From positions 52,486-116,485 of the forward strand of contig JBBTCT010000031.1 in the NCBI GenBank assembly GCA_038060895.1: DNA of 64,000 nt, written 5' to 3'. This DNA comes from Planctomycetota bacterium. GTDB lineage: Bacteria; Planctomycetota; MHYJ01; WSZJ01. A program made the translations under genes and the position numbers. The first letter of the stretch is position 1. Each line of letters opens with the position of its first letter. The notes below the pieces were generated by a model, which saw nothing but the letters and a program-made list of their open reading frames with translations, was not told the DNA's origin and ran no database searches. Positions 27,742-37,080 of the stretch are shown piece by piece.

Positions 27742-29169
27742 ATGGAACTCCGCCGTGTCAGCGACTGCGTCTGGGAAATCCCGAAAACGGGCGCAATGCG
27801 CGTCCCGGGACGGATCTACGCCGACAAACGCCTCCTCGACCTTGCCAAGGGCGACAAGGCCCTCGACCAGGTCGTCAACGTCGCGACGCTTCCAGGAATC
27901 GTGAAGTGGTCGCTGGCCATGCCCGACATCCACTGGGGGTACGGGTTCCCGATCGGCGGCGTGGCGGCGTTCAGCCTGGATGAAGGGGTAATTTCGCCGG
28001 GCGGAGTGGGGTACGACATCAACTGCGGCGTCCGCGTCTGCAAGACCGGCCTCCGCTTCAACGAACTCGAGGGGAAACACAAGAAGCTCGTCAACGCGCT
28101 CTTCAATGCCGTCCCGACCGGCGTCGGCGGCGACTCGGCGATCGGGCGGCTGTCGCGGGAGGACGGGGCGCGGATTGTGACGACGGGGGCGAAGTGGGCC
28201 GTCGAGAACGGGTACGGGAAGCCGTCGGACCTCGACTACACCGAGGACGGCGGCACGATGCCCGGCGCGGACCCCGCGGCGGCAAGCGACACGGCGTTCA
28301 AGCGCGGGCTGGGGCAGGTCGGAACGCTCGGAAGCGGGAATCACTTCCTCGAGCTCGACCGAGTCTCGGAGGTCTATACGCCGGAAGCGCAGAGCGTCTT
28401 CGGGCTCGAGGAAGGCGACGTGGTGCTGCTGATTCACTGCGGCTCGCGCGGCTTCGGCTACCAGATCTGCGACGAGAACGTGCACGACTTCGTGAAGATC
28501 GCGGGGCGCTACCACATCGACCTCGCCGACCGGCAGCTGGCGTGCGCGCCGGCTTCGAGCCACGAGGGGAAGAAGTACCTCTCGGCGATGGCGTGCGCGG
28601 CGAACTACGCGTGGGTGAACCGGCAGGTGATCATGATCCTGGCCGGGAGGGCGATCTCGGACTGTCTCGGCCGCAACGTCGAGCCGGAGCTGATCTACGA
28701 CGTGTGCCACAACATCGCCAAGATCGAGGACCACGACGTCGACGGCAAGATGATGAAGGTGATCGTCCACCGCAAGGGAGCGACGCGCGCCTTCCCTGCG
28801 GGTCACGCGCTCACCCCGGCCAAGTACAAGGAAGTCGGCCAGCCCGTCCTCGTCCCCGGGGACATGGGGCGGTCCTCGTTCCTCCTCACGGGTCTGCCGG
28901 GCGCGATGAACGAAACGTTCGGCTCGACGTGCCACGGCGCCGGCCGCACCGCTTCCCGCGGCGAGATGAACCGCCGCATGCAGGGCGTCGACCTCGACGC
29001 CGAAATGCGCTCGATGGGCGTCACGGTCCGCGCCAAGACGCGGGCCAGCATGGCCGAAGAAATGCCGTCCGCCTACAAGGACGCCGGTGTGGTCACCGAG
29101 GTCATGGAGCGCGCCGGGATCTCGAAGCGCATCGCCAAGTTCGTGCCGTTTGCGGTGATCAAGGGGTAG
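27742..29169 (+). CDS. rtcB: RNA-splicing/repair ligase RtcB (archaeal/eukaryotic-like)
   Basis: 'MPDIHWGYGFPIGG', 'GYDINCG', 'GSGNHFLE', 'HNIAK', 'HRKGATR', 'STCHGAGR'. Confidence 0.97.
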   Translation: MELRRVSDCVWEIPKTGAMRVPGRIYADKRLLDLAKGDKALDQVVNVATLPGIVKWSLAMPDIHWGYGFPIGGVAAFSLDEGVISPGGVGYDINCGVRVCKTGLRFNELEGKHKKLVNALFNAVPTGVGGDSAIGRLSREDGARIVTTGAKWAVENGYGKPSDLDYTEDGGTMPGADPAAASDTAFKRGLGQVGTLGSGNHFLELDRVSEVYTPEAQSVFGLEEGDVVLLIHCGSRGFGYQICDENVHDFVKIAGRYHIDLADRQLACAPASSHEGKKYLSAMACAANYAWVNRQVIMILAGRAISDCLGRNVEPELIYDVCHNIAKIEDHDVDGKMMKVIVHRKGATRAFPAGHALTPAKYKEVGQPVLVPGDMGRSSFLLTGLPGAMNETFGSTCHGAGRTASRGEMNRRMQGVDLDAEMRSMGVTVRAKTRASMAEEMPSAYKDAGVVTEVMERAGISKRIAKFVPFAVIKG

Positions 29170-29271
29170 GGCGGGATTGTCGTCGCGAAGCGGCCGCTTC
29201 GTCCGAATTCCGGCAGACCTCGCAAGACAATTCCGCATGTCTATTACGTTTTTGTATGATATAAACGAATC

Positions 29272-30402
29272 ATGTATGCGCGAATGCTTAAGCCTCCGGA
29301 CGACAGCTTCTTCCTCTTCGGACCCCGCGGAGTCGGGAAGACGGCCTGGCTGCGGTCCACCTTTCCGGACGCGCTGTTTTTCGACCTCCTCGAAGACCGC
29401 ACGTGGAACCGGCTTCAGACGGAACCGGGCCGACTCGGAGAGGACATCCCCCGGGACCATCGCGGGATCGTTGTCATCGATGAGATTCAGCGCGCCCCGG
29501 AACTCCTGAACGAAGTCCATCGGCTCATCGAATCCCGCAGGATCCGGTTTGCGCTCACCGGTTCCAGCGCGCGGAAGCTGCGCCGTCGTGGCGTCAATCT
29601 CCTGGCCGGACGCGCCCTGACGCTCCGGATGCACCCGCTCACGGCGGGCGAGCTGGCCGGCGACTTCGACCTCGCGCGTGCCCTGCGCCGGGGCACGCTT
29701 CCGCGGGCCTGCTCGATCGCCGATCCCGAACCGTTTCTGCAGAGTTACGTCGCTTCGTGGCTGCGGGAAGAAGTTCAGCAGGAAGGACTCTCCCGGAACA
29801 TCGCCGGTTTCGGCCGATTCCTGGAGGCCGCTTCGTTTTCGCAGGGTTCCGCGCTCAACATGGCGTCGGTCGCACGCGACTGCGCGGTCCCGGCCCGGGT
29901 CGTCGAGGGGTACTTCCAGATCCTGGAAGACTTGCTCATTGGCTACCGCTTGCCGGCCTTCACGCGCCGGGCGAAACGGCGCGTGGCGCTTCACCCCAAG
30001 TTCTACTTCTTTGACGCAGGCGTCTACCGCGCGATCCGACCCGTGGGTCCGCTCGATTCTCCCGAGGAGATTCGCGGGGCGGCTCTCGAGACGCTCTTCC
30101 TCCACCACCTCCGGGCGGCCAACGACTACGGCAACCTCGGCTACGGCCTGCACTACTGGCGCACTCCGGCCGGTCGCGAAGTCGACTTCGTGCTCTATGG
30201 CCGAAGAGGGCTCAGGGCGTTCGAGGTCAAGGCGTCCAGTCGGGTCCGAAGCGGGGACCTGGACGGGCTTCACGAATTCCTGAAGGACTACCCGATGGCG
30301 AAAGCGAGCCTCGTCTATCTCGGGGATCGGCGCTGGCACGAGAGCGGCGTCGACGTGCTGCCGGTCGCGGGCGTCCTGCGCGATCTGGAAGGTCACGTTT
30401 GA
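29272..30402 (+). CDS. AAA+ ATPase with DUF4143 domain
   Basis: 'FGPRGVGKT', 'IDEIQR', 'LTGSSAR', 'KFYFFDAG', 'EVDFV...FEVK'. Confidence 0.92.
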   Translation: MYARMLKPPDDSFFLFGPRGVGKTAWLRSTFPDALFFDLLEDRTWNRLQTEPGRLGEDIPRDHRGIVVIDEIQRAPELLNEVHRLIESRRIRFALTGSSARKLRRRGVNLLAGRALTLRMHPLTAGELAGDFDLARALRRGTLPRACSIADPEPFLQSYVASWLREEVQQEGLSRNIAGFGRFLEAASFSQGSALNMASVARDCAVPARVVEGYFQILEDLLIGYRLPAFTRRAKRRVALHPKFYFFDAGVYRAIRPVGPLDSPEEIRGAALETLFLHHLRAANDYGNLGYGLHYWRTPAGREVDFVLYGRRGLRAFEVKASSRVRSGDLDGLHEFLKDYPMAKASLVYLGDRRWHESGVDVLPVAGVLRDLEGHV

Positions 30403-30555
30403 GCGAGGAGTCGAGATCCGGACTGAGGCCAGAAGCGGGCAGGGCCGTTCGAGTCCCCGCTCGACCCGGCCCATGCTCCTCGACTCGCCGCGCCGCCGCA
30501 GTTCTCCGACGACGAGCTTGATTCGCGCCCGGACACGGGCCTAGAGTGGCAGATC

Positions 30556-31371
30556 GTGAAGCGCTTCCACTCCTTTGGCCCCACCCTCCTTGCCGGCATG
30601 TTCCGGATCATGCTGCTGAAGTTGACCGTGTTTTGCGCCGCTGGGATGGCCGGCTGCGCGCAGGTAGAGGAAGCGCCGGCGTGCCCTCCTGCAAGCCACG
30701 CGGATCCCCGGCAGGTCGAGTTGGACCAGCTCGAGGCCGCGCGAACGGTTCTACGTGGCCTTTGTCCCCTGTGGGTAAAGGTCCAGGACTCGCGCCGACA
30801 TGCACGGCTCCGAGATCGGAGACCGGATGAGTTTGCGGACCTCGCTCGCTGCGCCGTGGTCTGGATTGCACCCCGGTTTCGGATCCTCCGCGGTCACTAT
30901 CGGTGGGACCCGGAGTTCGTCGGCTACCCGGCGGATTCTTCCGACGTGCCCGGCCCGGACGAAGTCGAGCTCTGTATCCAGGAGCTCGCGCACGGCGACC
31001 TGAATCAAGAGGCGCTGGCGGAACGGGATCGGTGGTCGGGAATCGTCGATGCGATCCGGGGCGGCCGCTTCCTCGAGTCCTGGCCCTGGGAGGAGGCCGA
31101 AGAGCGCGCCCTTGCCAGGAAGCTCGACGGGGTCTTCCTGGACCTGGACTTCTCGGATTCGACTCTTTACGACATTGTCGACTACATCCAGGAGTTCGCC
31201 AGAATCAACATCGTGATCTCGGCCGAGGTCCGCAAGGCCGGAATTCCCGACCGCAAAATCGATTTCCATGCCGCATCGGAGCCCATCGGAACCACGCTTC
31301 GCCGCCTCTGCGACAGGTACGGCCTGGCATGGAGACTTGCGAATCGTGTCCTCCTGATTGTCGCGAAATGA
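30556..31371 (+). CDS. Putative lipoprotein with C-terminal secretin-N/STN-like domain
   Basis: 'MAGC' lipobox; 'LDFSDSTLYDIVDYIQEFARINIVI...TLRRLCDRYGLAW'; start uncertain. Confidence 0.6.
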   Translation: MKRFHSFGPTLLAGMFRIMLLKLTVFCAAGMAGCAQVEEAPACPPASHADPRQVELDQLEAARTVLRGLCPLWVKVQDSRRHARLRDRRPDEFADLARCAVVWIAPRFRILRGHYRWDPEFVGYPADSSDVPGPDEVELCIQELAHGDLNQEALAERDRWSGIVDAIRGGRFLESWPWEEAEERALARKLDGVFLDLDFSDSTLYDIVDYIQEFARINIVISAEVRKAGIPDRKIDFHAASEPIGTTLRRLCDRYGLAWRLANRVLLIVAK

Positions 31372-31803
31372 GTCCCGTCCGACGCGAACCCCCAGCCGGC
31401 GTCAGGCGGATTCATGGCTGGCGAGGATGTCGCCATTCGCCGACACTTCCAGTAAGTCATCAATCGGCGACATTTTGACTTGTCATCGATCGGCGACTCG
31501 TGGAGCGCAACGGGCGCCGCCGGTGGGCCGCCCTTGCGCGGGAACTCCGGCTCGACCCGGCCGGCACCGTCGATCGAGTCGCCGCGCTCGCCGGGCGCGT
31601 TGGCGAAGCGCTTCCGATCAGGCGCGAGCGCGCGGCCGCGGACCGCCTGGAACCGCGTGCCGTTTCGGCGCTGATGGGACCGCTGAAGTCGCGGTTGGAA
31701 GAATGCCGGAGAGAACTGTGGGGGTGACCGGCCGATCAGGCACGCGGGCCGTGCGTCATGCTCCGGAACGTCTTGCGGCCGATCTGATGGCTAGAATGCG
31801 CGG

Positions 31804-32088
31804 ATGCCGAACGGTGGATCGGACTGCTGCGGAACGTGCTGGTTCAACGGCATGAATAGGGGAAAGCCCGGGTATCCCGCCGATCCGGCGCCGGGCCCGG
31901 CGACCTGCGAGATTCGCGGCGGTCTTCGGATCGACGACCCGTTCTGGAGGTACTTCGCGAATCACCCGCACCACAAGCCGCTCCAGATCCGCACGCCGAG
32001 GTCGCTTCGCTGGCCCGGAAGCTCATCGACGACCCGCAGCCGCGGGAGTAGGACGGTTCCGGGGCGAGCCGAAGGGAGTGGCGGGTAG
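31804..32088 (+). pseudogene. Cys-rich 'MPNGGSDCCGTCWFN' protein, apparently truncated
   Basis: TAGAAT 6 nt upstream; protein-like for ~60 aa (CCGTCWFN...CEIR...ANHPH), then low-complexity. Confidence 0.45.
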
Positions 32089-32123
32089 GCAGCCGAGGTC
32101 CGCAAAACCCGTATCATCCGCTC

Positions 32124-33689
32124 GTGAACGCCGAATCCGCTTACCTGTTCCGCCACGCATTGCTGCGGGATGCGGCGTACCAACTCCAGCTCCCCGGCGA
32201 CCGCGCGCGGCTTCATGCGCTCGCATTCGGGGCAATCGAAGCGCTGGCCGGCGGGCGGGCTCCGCGACCGTCGCCGCTGGACGCGGCCGAGCCGGCGCCA
32301 TTCGCGCCGCACCCGACGGATGCCTTTGCGCAAGAGCTCGCCATCCATGCCCGGTTCGCGAATTCAGGCGGTCCGTCAGGACCTGGCGCAGCGGATCCGC
32401 GCGACGCTGCCGGCCTGCTCGAGCTCTACGTGCAGCGCGCCGCCGAGGTCGCGGAGAAAAAGTTTCTGCACTCGACAGCGCAGGAACTGTGGCTTCAGCT
32501 GGCGGAACTCTCGCAAGAAGCGCTTCGCGGCGCCGCGCTTGTCCGGGCGGGATCCGCCGCTTCCACGCGAGGCCGGCCGCAGGAGGCGGAACGGCTGTAT
32601 CAGGAGGCGACAGAGCTCTTCCGGAGCATCGCGGCGCGCCGGCTGGAAGCGGGGGCACTGAGCGATCTGGCGGGGGTGGAGATGCAAACCGGTCGCACGG
32701 CGCAGGCTGAGCTGACGCTGGAGCAGGCGCTCGGGATCCTGCGAGAGGTTGGCGACCGTCGAGGCGAGGGGAAAGCGCTCTCGAACCTCGCGAACCTGAG
32801 CCGGCAGACCGGGCGTGTCGAGCAGGCAGAGCGGATCTACGGGGAGGCGCTCGCCGTCCACCGGGAAACCCGCGACCGCCGGATCGAGGCGGTCGCCATG
32901 GGAAATCTCGCGGGCCTGTACCTGGAGACCGGCCGCGGGGATCTGGCCGGGCGGACGTGGGAGAAGTCGCTCGCCATTCACCGCGAAGTCGGCGACCGCC
33001 GCGGCGAGGGAATCGCGCTGGGCGGGCTGGCAATTCTGTCCTCCACGACAGGCCGCGTCGAGCAGGCCGAGAGACTGTTCGAGCAGGCGCTCGCGATCCA
33101 CGGCGAGGTCGGCGACCGCCAGGACGAGGGAATCGCGCGGGGAAACCTGGCCCAGCTCTACAGGGAGACGGGCCGCATCGAACAAGCCGGGCGACTCCTC
33201 GAGGACTCGCTCGCCATCCGCCGCGAAGCCGGCGACCGTCGAGGCGAGGGGATTGCGCTGGGAAACCTGGCCGCCGGATTCTTTGAGTCCGGCCTCGCCG
33301 AACGGGCCGAGCAAGCCTGGGAACAAGCGCTGTCCATACATCGCGAAGTCGGGAATCGCCGAAGCGAGGGAGTCGCGCTCGGCAACCTGGCCGGCCTCTT
33401 CCTGAAGTCCGGCCGCGCCGAGCAGGCCGGTCGCACCCTCGAGCGTGCGCTGGAGATCCACGGTCAGGTGGGAAACAAGCACTTCGAAGGCGCTCACAAC
33501 TGCGACTACGCCCTCTGCCTTGTGGCGCTGGGCCGGAGGAGCGAGGGCGCCGAGGCCTGGCGCAAGGGCATGGGAATCCTCCGAAGCGTGAACGACGACA
33601 AGCAGGCCGAGCGCAAAAGATCCGCCATGCAGGTCGCGTGTTCAAGAGCGGGGGTGCCGCCCTTCGAGGAGGAGTCCGGGCGCGCCTGA
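32124..33689 (+). CDS. Tetratricopeptide repeat protein (40-aa TPR_12-type repeats)
   Basis: About eight 'GRxEQAE...ALAIHREVGDRRGEGIALGNLA' repeats; N-terminus 'YLFRHALLRDAAY...RARLH'. Confidence 0.9.
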   Translation: MNAESAYLFRHALLRDAAYQLQLPGDRARLHALAFGAIEALAGGRAPRPSPLDAAEPAPFAPHPTDAFAQELAIHARFANSGGPSGPGAADPRDAAGLLELYVQRAAEVAEKKFLHSTAQELWLQLAELSQEALRGAALVRAGSAASTRGRPQEAERLYQEATELFRSIAARRLEAGALSDLAGVEMQTGRTAQAELTLEQALGILREVGDRRGEGKALSNLANLSRQTGRVEQAERIYGEALAVHRETRDRRIEAVAMGNLAGLYLETGRGDLAGRTWEKSLAIHREVGDRRGEGIALGGLAILSSTTGRVEQAERLFEQALAIHGEVGDRQDEGIARGNLAQLYRETGRIEQAGRLLEDSLAIRREAGDRRGEGIALGNLAAGFFESGLAERAEQAWEQALSIHREVGNRRSEGVALGNLAGLFLKSGRAEQAGRTLERALEIHGQVGNKHFEGAHNCDYALCLVALGRRSEGAEAWRKGMGILRSVNDDKQAERKRSAMQVACSRAGVPPFEEESGRA

Positions 33690-33757
33690 CTCCGGAAGCG
33701 GGCGGCTTCGGAGTGCAAGCGCAGGATCATAAGCGGCGAGGCCGCTACAATCGGCCC

Positions 33758-34987
33758 ATGGGCACCCGTCTCCTGCTTGCTGCGATTCTTCTCCTCGACA
33801 CTTCGCTGTCGGCCTCCGCCCAGGACGAGAAGCGCCCGGGCCGCGTTGTCGCCAAACTACCCTCTGAAGTGCAGCTCGGAATATGCGAGCCGGCGTTCAG
33901 CCGCGGCGGGAAGCAGGTTGCTTACGAAGCGCTGATCGAAGACAAGTCCGTCGTGATTTTCGGCAACGACGTCTCCGACCCGTGCGACGTGGTCGAGTGG
34001 CTTGAGTATTCGCCCTCGTCTGGCGAGCTCGCCTCCCTCGTGGTGGTCGCCGGCAAGTACCGCCTCACCGTCGGGAAAAAGGCGCTTCCGGACTGCGAGA
34101 GCATCAAGTTCCCGGAGTGGACGCCCGATGGCGCGCGGGTGGTCTGCGTAGGACGGATTGACGGGAAGGACGTGGTTTTCACCGGGGGCGACAAGGGCAA
34201 GGCGTACGAGGAGGTGCGTCCGCCGGTCATCAGCCCAGGCGGCGAGCACGTGGCGTACGCGGCGAAGCGCGACGGGCAGTACTTCCTCGTGCTCGACGGC
34301 AAGGAGAACGGCCCCTGGGACGACGTCATTCAGCCACAGTTCAGCGCGACGGGCGGCGTCGTAGGTTTCGCCGGAAAGCGCGACAAGAAGTGGCGCATTG
34401 TCTGCAACGGGAAGGAAGAACCCGAGCATGACAAGGTCAGCCTGACGAAGGGCTTTTCCCCTGACGGCGTATCGGTCGCGTACGTCGCCGAGGACGGAGG
34501 GAAGATCCGGATCATCCGCGAGGGCAAGGAGGAAGATCCTCACGAAGGTTTCGGTTGGGAGATGGTCTTCCGTAAATCCCCGGACGTCTTCGCGTGTTCG
34601 GTCTACGACAAGGGCCGGTGCCATCTGCTCCTGAACGGCAAGCCGCAGGGGCGCGGGTGCAAGTTCATCGAGATGCTCTCTGCCAGCCCGGATGGCACCC
34701 GCCTCACGTGGGTGGCGGGAGAGGAGAGCAAGGCGTGCGTGGTCGTTGACGGTAAGGAGCACGACAATCACGAGGAGATTCGCGGGCTCGGGTTCAGCCC
34801 CGACGGCGCGAGCGTGGCCTGGTTCACTCGCGACGGCGAAGACCACAAGTTCTACCTCAACTCGAAGGTCGTCGGGACCAGCGAAGCCGCGACCCCGCGG
34901 TTCGAGTTCAGTCCGGACGGCAGCAAGCTGTCCTTCGGCGTCTACACGAACCAGCGCTTCCGGTGGGTCGAGGTGAAGACCAGGTGA
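33758..34987 (+). CDS. Secreted TolB/WD40-like beta-propeller protein
   Basis: Signal peptide; repeated 'FSPDGxxVAY' blades. Confidence 0.85.
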   Translation: MGTRLLLAAILLLDTSLSASAQDEKRPGRVVAKLPSEVQLGICEPAFSRGGKQVAYEALIEDKSVVIFGNDVSDPCDVVEWLEYSPSSGELASLVVVAGKYRLTVGKKALPDCESIKFPEWTPDGARVVCVGRIDGKDVVFTGGDKGKAYEEVRPPVISPGGEHVAYAAKRDGQYFLVLDGKENGPWDDVIQPQFSATGGVVGFAGKRDKKWRIVCNGKEEPEHDKVSLTKGFSPDGVSVAYVAEDGGKIRIIREGKEEDPHEGFGWEMVFRKSPDVFACSVYDKGRCHLLLNGKPQGRGCKFIEMLSASPDGTRLTWVAGEESKACVVVDGKEHDNHEEIRGLGFSPDGASVAWFTRDGEDHKFYLNSKVVGTSEAATPRFEFSPDGSKLSFGVYTNQRFRWVEVKTR

Positions 34988-35439
34988 ACGCCCCATGGTT
35001 CAAGGACGGCGTCCCCTTCCGCTGCCTCGGCCCCGAGTGCGGCGACTGTTGCTCCGGCAAGCACGGGCCGGGCGCGGTGTGGGTGAACGCGAAGGAAATG
35101 GCAGTGCTCGCGCAGCACCTCGGGCTCGGCTTCGACGATTTCACGCGGCGTTGTGTGCGCTCGATCAACGGCGAGTACTCGCTCCTGGAGAAACCGAACT
35201 TCGACTGCGTCTTTTACGAGGCGGGGAAAGGCTGCACCGTCTACGCCGCGCGCCCGTCGCAGTGCCGCACCTACCCATTCTGGAGCAAGGTGATGGCGGC
35301 GAAGTGGAAGTGGGATTCGGAGGCGACGGTGTGCCCGGGGATTGGGGTGGAAGGGGCGAATACGCCGGCGTCGGAGGTCGGCGCGCTGTTGGCCGAAGAC
35401 CACGCGAGGTTCCCGGAAGGACGGCCGCCGGTAGTTTGA
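34984..35439 (+). CDS. YkgJ family cysteine-cluster protein
   Basis: 'FRCLGPECGDCC', 'DCVFY...CTVYAARPSQCRTYPFW', 'CPGIG'; GTGA overlap. Confidence 0.9.
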   Translation: MNAPWFKDGVPFRCLGPECGDCCSGKHGPGAVWVNAKEMAVLAQHLGLGFDDFTRRCVRSINGEYSLLEKPNFDCVFYEAGKGCTVYAARPSQCRTYPFWSKVMAAKWKWDSEATVCPGIGVEGANTPASEVGALLAEDHARFPEGRPPVV

Positions 35440-35454
35440 CCCGCGCTACGCGCG

Positions 35455-35607
35455 GGAAACGGCAACTTCAATTTCAACTTCAACTTTCAAGTCTCAAGCA
35501 AACGCCAACTTCAAACGGACAACTTCAATTCACCGGGTCCTTGAAGTTGTCCGTTTGAGGTTGCTGCTTGCTTGAAACTTGAAGTTGAAATTGAAGTTGC
35601 CGTTTCC
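35455..35607. repeat. ~153-bp palindromic (MITE-like) element
   Basis: Perfect 29-bp outer IR (35455-35483/35579-35607), perfect 18-bp inner IR (35511-35528/35541-35558), 12-nt loop. Confidence 0.9.
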
Positions 35608-35622
35608 ACGCGATCAGGACCT

Positions 35623-35793
35623 CTACGCAGCCTGGTCATTCCCGCTGCTGGCCCTGGTCCCGCAGAAAAACCACTTCCGGAATGTATCCCAGCACTTCGC
35701 GCAGACGTACTGCACCTTCTCGTCGAACTTTACGAACTGGTGCGTCGGGATGTACTCCTGGCAATGGCAGCGCTGGCACGTGTGCTTTTCCAC
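35623..35793 (-). CDS. Small zinc-ribbon protein (56 aa)
   Basis: GTG start with GAGAGGGGAG RBS; 'CQRCHC...VCAKCW'. Confidence 0.75.
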   Translation of the reverse strand: MEKHTCQRCHCQEYIPTHQFVKFDEKVQYVCAKCWDTFRKWFFCGTRASSGNDQAA

Positions 35794-35986
35794 GGTGCGG
35801 CTCCCCTCTCTCGTTGTGGGCCCGCTGCCGCGCGACCCTGCGGGGGAAACCGGTGGTCTCCACCCCGGGCGAACGCAACGAGCCGAAGGAGCACGCCTGC
35901 ACGGTCTCCGAGGCCGCAGCAGACGGGTCGCTCCCTCTCGGGACTTGATTCGGCGGGCGGGCCGCGGCGACTTGAGGGAAATCCGG

Positions 35987-37003
35987 TTATTTTGCGCGGG
36001 CGCGGATGGCAGAAGCGGCCTTTGCGGCGGCGTCCTTCGTTTCCTGGGTCTTGAATTCGGCGTAGAAGGTGGAAGCGGTTCCGGCCGTGATCTTGTCGAG
36101 GGCCGGAAGCGCCTCGGCGCCGCCGTCGTGTTCGAGAGCGCGGATGAGCAGGAGGGGGGCGCCGGGGGCGATCGCGAGGGTCTTCCCGTCCACCATGGCG
36201 GTGAGGAGTTGGGCCTGGGCCTCGCCGGCACGGGGAGTGCGAATCTCGGCCAGGACTGGCGTCAACCAGGCGACGTCGTCGGACGTCGGAAAGGACGCGC
36301 CGAGGACGGTCATCGCCGCGTCGATCGCGGCGTCCCCGGCGGCCTCGATCGCCGGCCGGTCGCCCGTCCCGATCGCCCATGCCGCCTTCTCGGCCCCGCT
36401 CGACGGCGTCCACCCCCCCGCCTTCAGCGCCACCACCGCCGTCTCCCGCGTCTTCGACCTCAAGCACCCCTTCAACACCTCCGGCACCGCTCCCTTGACT
36501 CCTAGCGTCGCGGCAACCAGAGCCGGCGCGAGCTTTGTCCGCTCATCGTTCATCAGATGATCCATCGCTACCACCCGCACCGACATCCGCTTCGACACGT
36601 ATTCCATCTTCAGGCTCCCCGCCTCGACGGTGAAATCGAGCGTCGGCCCGGAAGCACCCTTGGGGGTCACGCTGAACCGCAGCGTGAACGTCCATCCGTC
36701 GTCGCCGTTGTCGAATTTCCCGCAGACCCGCTCGCTGCACTCGACCGTGAGCGTCGCGTCGTACGATTTCGCGGGGTCCTTGTCGGAGCCGACGGCGTTG
36801 CTTCGAAGCCCGCTGTAGATTTGCGACCACAACCCGTAGCCGGAAACGCCCTTGTAGTGGCCCGGGATCTCGCTCGCGAACAGGACATTTTTCTCCACCG
36901 GCGGCAAGTTCACGACCGGGTTTCCCGTTCCGGCCGGGATGGCCGGCTTCCTGGAGCACGCCGCCACTACCAGGACCAGCCCGAGCGCCCAAACCCGCTT
37001 CAT
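35987..37003 (-). CDS. Lipoprotein with C-terminal HEAT-like repeats
   Basis: GGAGG RBS; lipobox 'VAAC'; helical C-terminus 'EALPALDKI...AAAKAASAI'. Confidence 0.75.
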   Translation of the reverse strand: MKRVWALGLVLVVAACSRKPAIPAGTGNPVVNLPPVEKNVLFASEIPGHYKGVSGYGLWSQIYSGLRSNAVGSDKDPAKSYDATLTVECSERVCGKFDNGDDGWTFTLRFSVTPKGASGPTLDFTVEAGSLKMEYVSKRMSVRVVAMDHLMNDERTKLAPALVAATLGVKGAVPEVLKGCLRSKTRETAVVALKAGGWTPSSGAEKAAWAIGTGDRPAIEAAGDAAIDAAMTVLGASFPTSDDVAWLTPVLAEIRTPRAGEAQAQLLTAMVDGKTLAIAPGAPLLLIRALEHDGGAEALPALDKITAGTASTFYAEFKTQETKDAAAKAASAIRARAK

Positions 37004-37080
37004 GCCGCCTCCTCGAAGATCGTGCCGCCCCCTCGCGGCAGGGATAGAATGCCACAACAGGGAAACAGGCGAGGACAAGA

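Noticed and set aside
32650-33480. ~120-bp periodic DNA repeats
   Set aside because: Explained by TPR coding repeats; no spacers or cas genes, so not CRISPR
35945-35980. Possible sigma-28 promoter (TCAAG...GCCGAATC) or c-di-AMP riboswitch fragment upstream of the zinc-ribbon gene
   Set aside because: Spacing is too long for sigma-28 and most ydaO consensus elements are missing
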